DNA from: an uncultured bacterium
GTDB lineage: Bacteria; Oederibacteriota; Oederibacteriia; Oederibacteriales; Oederibacteriaceae
Assembly (NCBI GenBank): GCA_965112635.1
Contig: OZ218778.1
Coordinates: 730,258-762,257, forward strand
Direction of reading: 5' to 3'
DNA length: 32,000 nt
The translations under genes and the position numbers were made by a program. Within the stretch, counting starts at the first letter, position 1, and the number at the start of each line of letters is the position of its first letter. Below the pieces are notes generated by a model. The model had not been told where the DNA came from. It ran no database searches and worked only from the letters and a program-made list of their open reading frames with translations. Shown here in pieces: positions 31,192 to 32,000 of this stretch.

Positions 31192-32000
31192 TCAAACATT
31201 GAACCGGAAATGCACCACGTCGCCGTCCTGCATGACGTAATCCTTGCCTTCGGAGCGCAGTAAACCCTTCTCCCGGACCGCCAGCTCCGAACCCAGTTTA
31301 TCCAGCTCATTAAAGGAAAAAACCTCGGCCCGGATGAATCCCCTTTCAAAATCAGTGTGGATGACGCCGGCGCACTGGGGCGCTTTCATGCCTTTCTCGA
31401 AGGTCCAGGCGCGCGTTTCGTCAGGCCCGCCGGTCAAAAAAGTCTGCAGTCCCAGAAGCTCGTAGCCGGCCCGGATGAGGGCATTAAGGCCAGGCTCTTT
31501 AAGGCCCAGAGAGGCCAAAAACTCGGCCTGCTCTTCTTGAGGGAGGGCCAGGAGCTCGGCTTCGAGCTGGCAGCACAGGACCACCACCGGGATATGCTGT
31601 TTGGCGGCCAAATCCTTGAGGGCTTGGGTATGGCCGGACTCCTGCTTGAGCCCGGCCTCGTCCACGTTGGCCACATACAAGAGGGGCTTGTGCGTCAAAA
31701 GCGCCAAAGAATTTAGAAACTTGGTTTCTTCCTCGTCCCAGGTGACGAACCGGAGCGACCGGCCCTGGTCTAAAGCATCTTTGGCTTTTTTCAGCACCGC
31801 TAACTGAAAGAGCACGGTTTTATCCTGCGACTTGGCTTGCTTGGCGGCTTTGTCCAAACTCTTGGTCACGGAATCCAGATCTTTGAGCAAAAGTTCGGTC
31901 TCGATGATCTCCACGTCACGCTGGGGGTCGATGCTGCCGGCCACGTGCACGACATCTTTTTTGTCAAAACAGCGGACCACTTCCACGATGGCCTGGCACT
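31192..32000 (-). CDS. ychF: Ribosome-binding ATPase YchF (C-terminal ~270 codons; the 5' end lies beyond the window)
   Basis: The frame stays open to the window edge (..AIVEVVRCFDKKDVVHVAGSIDPQRDVEIIETELLLKDLD...). The C-terminal TGS-like end is RAWTFEKGMKAPQCAGVIHTDFERGFIRAEV...GKDYVMQDGDVVHFRFNV. Confidence 0.93.
   Translation of the reverse strand, partial: CQAIVEVVRCFDKKDVVHVAGSIDPQRDVEIIETELLLKDLDSVTKSLDKAAKQAKSQDKTVLFQLAVLKKAKDALDQGRSLRFVTWDEEETKFLNSLALLTHKPLLYVANVDEAGLKQESGHTQALKDLAAKQHIPVVVLCCQLEAELLALPQEEQAEFLASLGLKEPGLNALIRAGYELLGLQTFLTGGPDETRAWTFEKGMKAPQCAGVIHTDFERGFIRAEVFSFNELDKLGSELAVREKGLLRSEGKDYVMQDGDVVHFRFNV

Overview
This is a bacterial chromosomal window, probably from an uncultured or MAG-type genome, and it is coded almost entirely on the minus strand. 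All domain calls come from reading motifs by eye; no searches were run.

Backbone (about 60% GC): a frameshifted GH78-like hydrolase, two URO-D-family genes, serS, two Sel1-repeat proteins, a cNMP-binding protein, an alpha/beta hydrolase, a STAS protein, an ICMT-family methyltransferase, a DUF4143 ATPase, rtcB, two large polytopic membrane proteins, surE and ychF.

Accessory stretch (about 10.3-22.0 kb), two parts:
- A duplicated ArsR-regulator module, each copy with its own CAATTG-centred operator. The two copies bracket a beta-propeller glycosidase-like gene, and one copy is interrupted by a PIN/RHH toxin-antitoxin cassette.
- A sharply AT-rich island (about 14.5-21.95 kb, roughly 33% GC on sampled lines). 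It carries a tight minus-strand operon encoding a PD-(D/E)xK-like protein, a MazG-like NTP pyrophosphohydrolase, a DUF2075 nuclease/ATPase fused to a LexA-type S24 peptidase, a PUA-like-HNH endonuclease and a second DUF2075 protein. A DUF3800 gene follows.

I do not recognise this gene set as a named system, and it is the best candidate for an undescribed anti-phage or anti-MGE system. No rRNA, tRNA, CRISPR array, integrase or transposase was seen.
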